Assembly (NCBI GenBank): GCA_043228905.1 | Contig: JBHGNT010001177.1 | Coordinates: 1-11,234 of the forward strand | Source: Azolla caroliniana | Lineage: Eukaryota > Plantae > Polypodiophyta | Length of the DNA: 11,234 nt | Reading direction: 5' to 3' | Translations under genes and position numbers: made by a program | The notes under the pieces: generated by a model | What the model was told of the DNA's origin: nothing | What the model saw: the letters and a program-made list of their open reading frames with translations, nothing else | Database searches by the model: none | Shown: piece by piece, positions 10,084 through 11,234 of the stretch | How positions within the stretch are numbered: position 1 is the first letter of the stretch | How the letters are laid out: each line of letters starts with the position of its first letter

Positions 10084-10130
10084 CATCGATAAAAGGGGCA
10101 CTCCCAGGTTGCTGGCAGATTTCCAGAAAC
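10084..10130 (-). other. Predicted 5'UTR exon U3 (47 nt)
   Basis: Long pyrimidine tract ending TTTTTCTTCCTGCTAG|; donor ATG|GTAACT; flanking introns of 104 and 117 nt are similar in size to this gene's short introns. Confidence 0.5.
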
Positions 10131-10234
10131 CTAGCAGGAAGAAAAATACGGGAGAAGAAAGAAGAGGTTATCAAGCAGGAGCTCCGGTACAAAATAAAGA
10201 ATTGGAAAGAGCAGGAACAGTAGAATGAACTTAC

Positions 10235-10275
10235 CATCGATGAAACGGAATTTACCACCACATTATCGCATGATT
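10235..10275 (-). other. Predicted 5'UTR exon U2 (41 nt)
   Basis: (CT)12 TTCTTTCAG| acceptor; consensus donor ATG|GTAAGT. Confidence 0.65.
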
Positions 10276-10278
10276 CTG

Positions 10279-10284
<6 letters not shown>

Positions 10285-10308
<24 letters not shown>
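10285..10308. repeat. (AG)12 microsatellite in the predicted first leader intron
   Basis: Direct reading. Confidence 0.9.
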
Positions 10309-10309
<1 letters not shown>

Positions 10310-10382
10310 AAACATGAAAAACCAGAGCAGAAACCAAAAAGAAAAAGATTAGAGCAGAGATTAGAGCGCAAAACGAGCTCAC

Positions 10383-10500
10383 CATAAATGAAAGAATGAT
10401 CGAGGAGAGGAAGGCGGAGGAGGCGCAGGAGGAGGAAGAAGAAGATCTAGGGTTTCCTTTTTTTTGGCTCCTGGTCTGCTTTCGCTCAGTTTTCTTTCAC
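10383..10500 (-). other. Predicted first (non-coding) exon U1; 5' end approximate
   Basis: C/T-rich, higher-GC leader (TCTTCTTCCTCCTCCTGCGCCTCC) typical of plant 5'UTRs; donor ATG|GTGAGC at 10381-10382. The TSS cannot be placed precisely. Confidence 0.55.
10448..10455 (-). promoter_or_regulatory. Telo-box (AAACCCTA)
   Basis: Exact match near the presumed TSS, where plant telo-boxes are typically enriched. Confidence 0.6.
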
Positions 10501-10603
10501 AGTTCTCATTGAAGGAAGAAAAAAGCCCCAAAAAAGCAAATTTTTAAAAATAAAATTAATTAATTAAATAAATATGAAACTAGAAAAAGCAAAAGTGGGA
10601 AAG

Positions 10604-10770
10604 AAAAAAAAAAAAAAAACATACATATGTATGTACAAAAAATATAAATAAAAATTCAGATGTAATTTTATTGTTAATGTACATATCATGTATGTATGTA
10701 CATATGTATACATATTTATTTATTTATTTATTTTCCAAAAAAAAATATGTATACATAATACATACATGAT
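10604..10770. repeat. Low-complexity AT-rich region: poly-A run, ATGT/ACAT and ATTT tetranucleotide repeats
   Basis: A16 at 10604-10619, repeated TATGTA/TACATA, (ATTT)n near 10714-10733. Confidence 0.75.
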
Positions 10771-10810
10771 AAAAGTCTAGTATGTAATAATGTATCAGCA
10801 TAGAATGAAC

Positions 10811-11051
10811 CATACGTATCATACGCGCATTCGCATTCGCGTTTGATTCAATAAAACGTGAATGGTAAATCAACTAAAAGTTGGATTGGTTTGACACGTT
10901 TGATTGGATTAACTATGGTCTATATTATGGGCTAAATTTGCAATGAAAACAAATGAAAAAAAGAAAAATAAAAAAGGAGCACGTATTTTTCCCCTTTCAA
11001 ACGTGTACGTTTTCAAACGTTTGAATGCCTCCACGAACACAAATATTACGT
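10811..11051. promoter_or_regulatory. Cluster of ACGT-core (ABRE/G-box-like) and CGCG motifs
   Basis: ACGT at 10814, 10856, 10896, 10981, 11001, 11007, 11017 and 11048; ACGCG/CGCGT at 10823-10842. Function not demonstrated. Confidence 0.4.
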
Positions 11052-11135
11052 TCTATGAATGTATGTATGTAAATAATATTTATGTTGTATTTATTCACCC
11101 CAAAAAACCCACACAAATAACATGGTGTAGCAGAG

Positions 11136-11140
<5 letters not shown>

Positions 11141-11178
<38 letters not shown>
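11141..11178. repeat. (TC)19 microsatellite
   Basis: Direct reading. Confidence 0.92.
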
Positions 11179-11183
<5 letters not shown>

Positions 11184-11211
11184 TTTTTGCTTGATGAGGC
11201 CCTCGACTCAT

Positions 11212-11229
11212 CATGCATGCATGCATGCA
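11212..11229. repeat. (CATG)4 CA, RY-like repeat
   Basis: CATGCATGCATGCATGCA near the window edge. Confidence 0.8.
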
Positions 11230-11234
11230 ATTTG

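Noticed and set aside
10052-11194. ORFs 10052-10315 and 10943-11194
   Set aside because: Both run through microsatellites, and the first also spans predicted introns; low-complexity translations with no family resemblance.

Overview
Eukaryotic, AT-rich, intron-rich genomic DNA, almost certainly from a land plant; the species cannot be determined from sequence alone. The window holds one complete minus-strand gene for a HOS15 / TBL1-family corepressor: N-terminal LisH, F-box-like helix, a long E/R/K-rich charged linker and a C-terminal WD40 propeller. I reconstructed 14 coding exons by hand (ATG at 9913, TAA at 1468-1470). All 13 introns are GT-AG with matching phases, giving a 1914 nt CDS (637 aa). 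Upstream are three short predicted non-coding leader exons, a telo-box and a promoter-like region rich in ACGT/CGCG, GAGA and RY motifs. Introns and the 3' flank carry several tandem duplications (39, 67, ~101/119 and ~200-220 bp units). I see no prokaryotic system, CRISPR array, RNA gene or coding transposon. The most unusual signal is the 5' leader: each predicted leader exon ends exactly in ATG, so splicing would build different uORFs, and two of the donor regions are near-identical copies.
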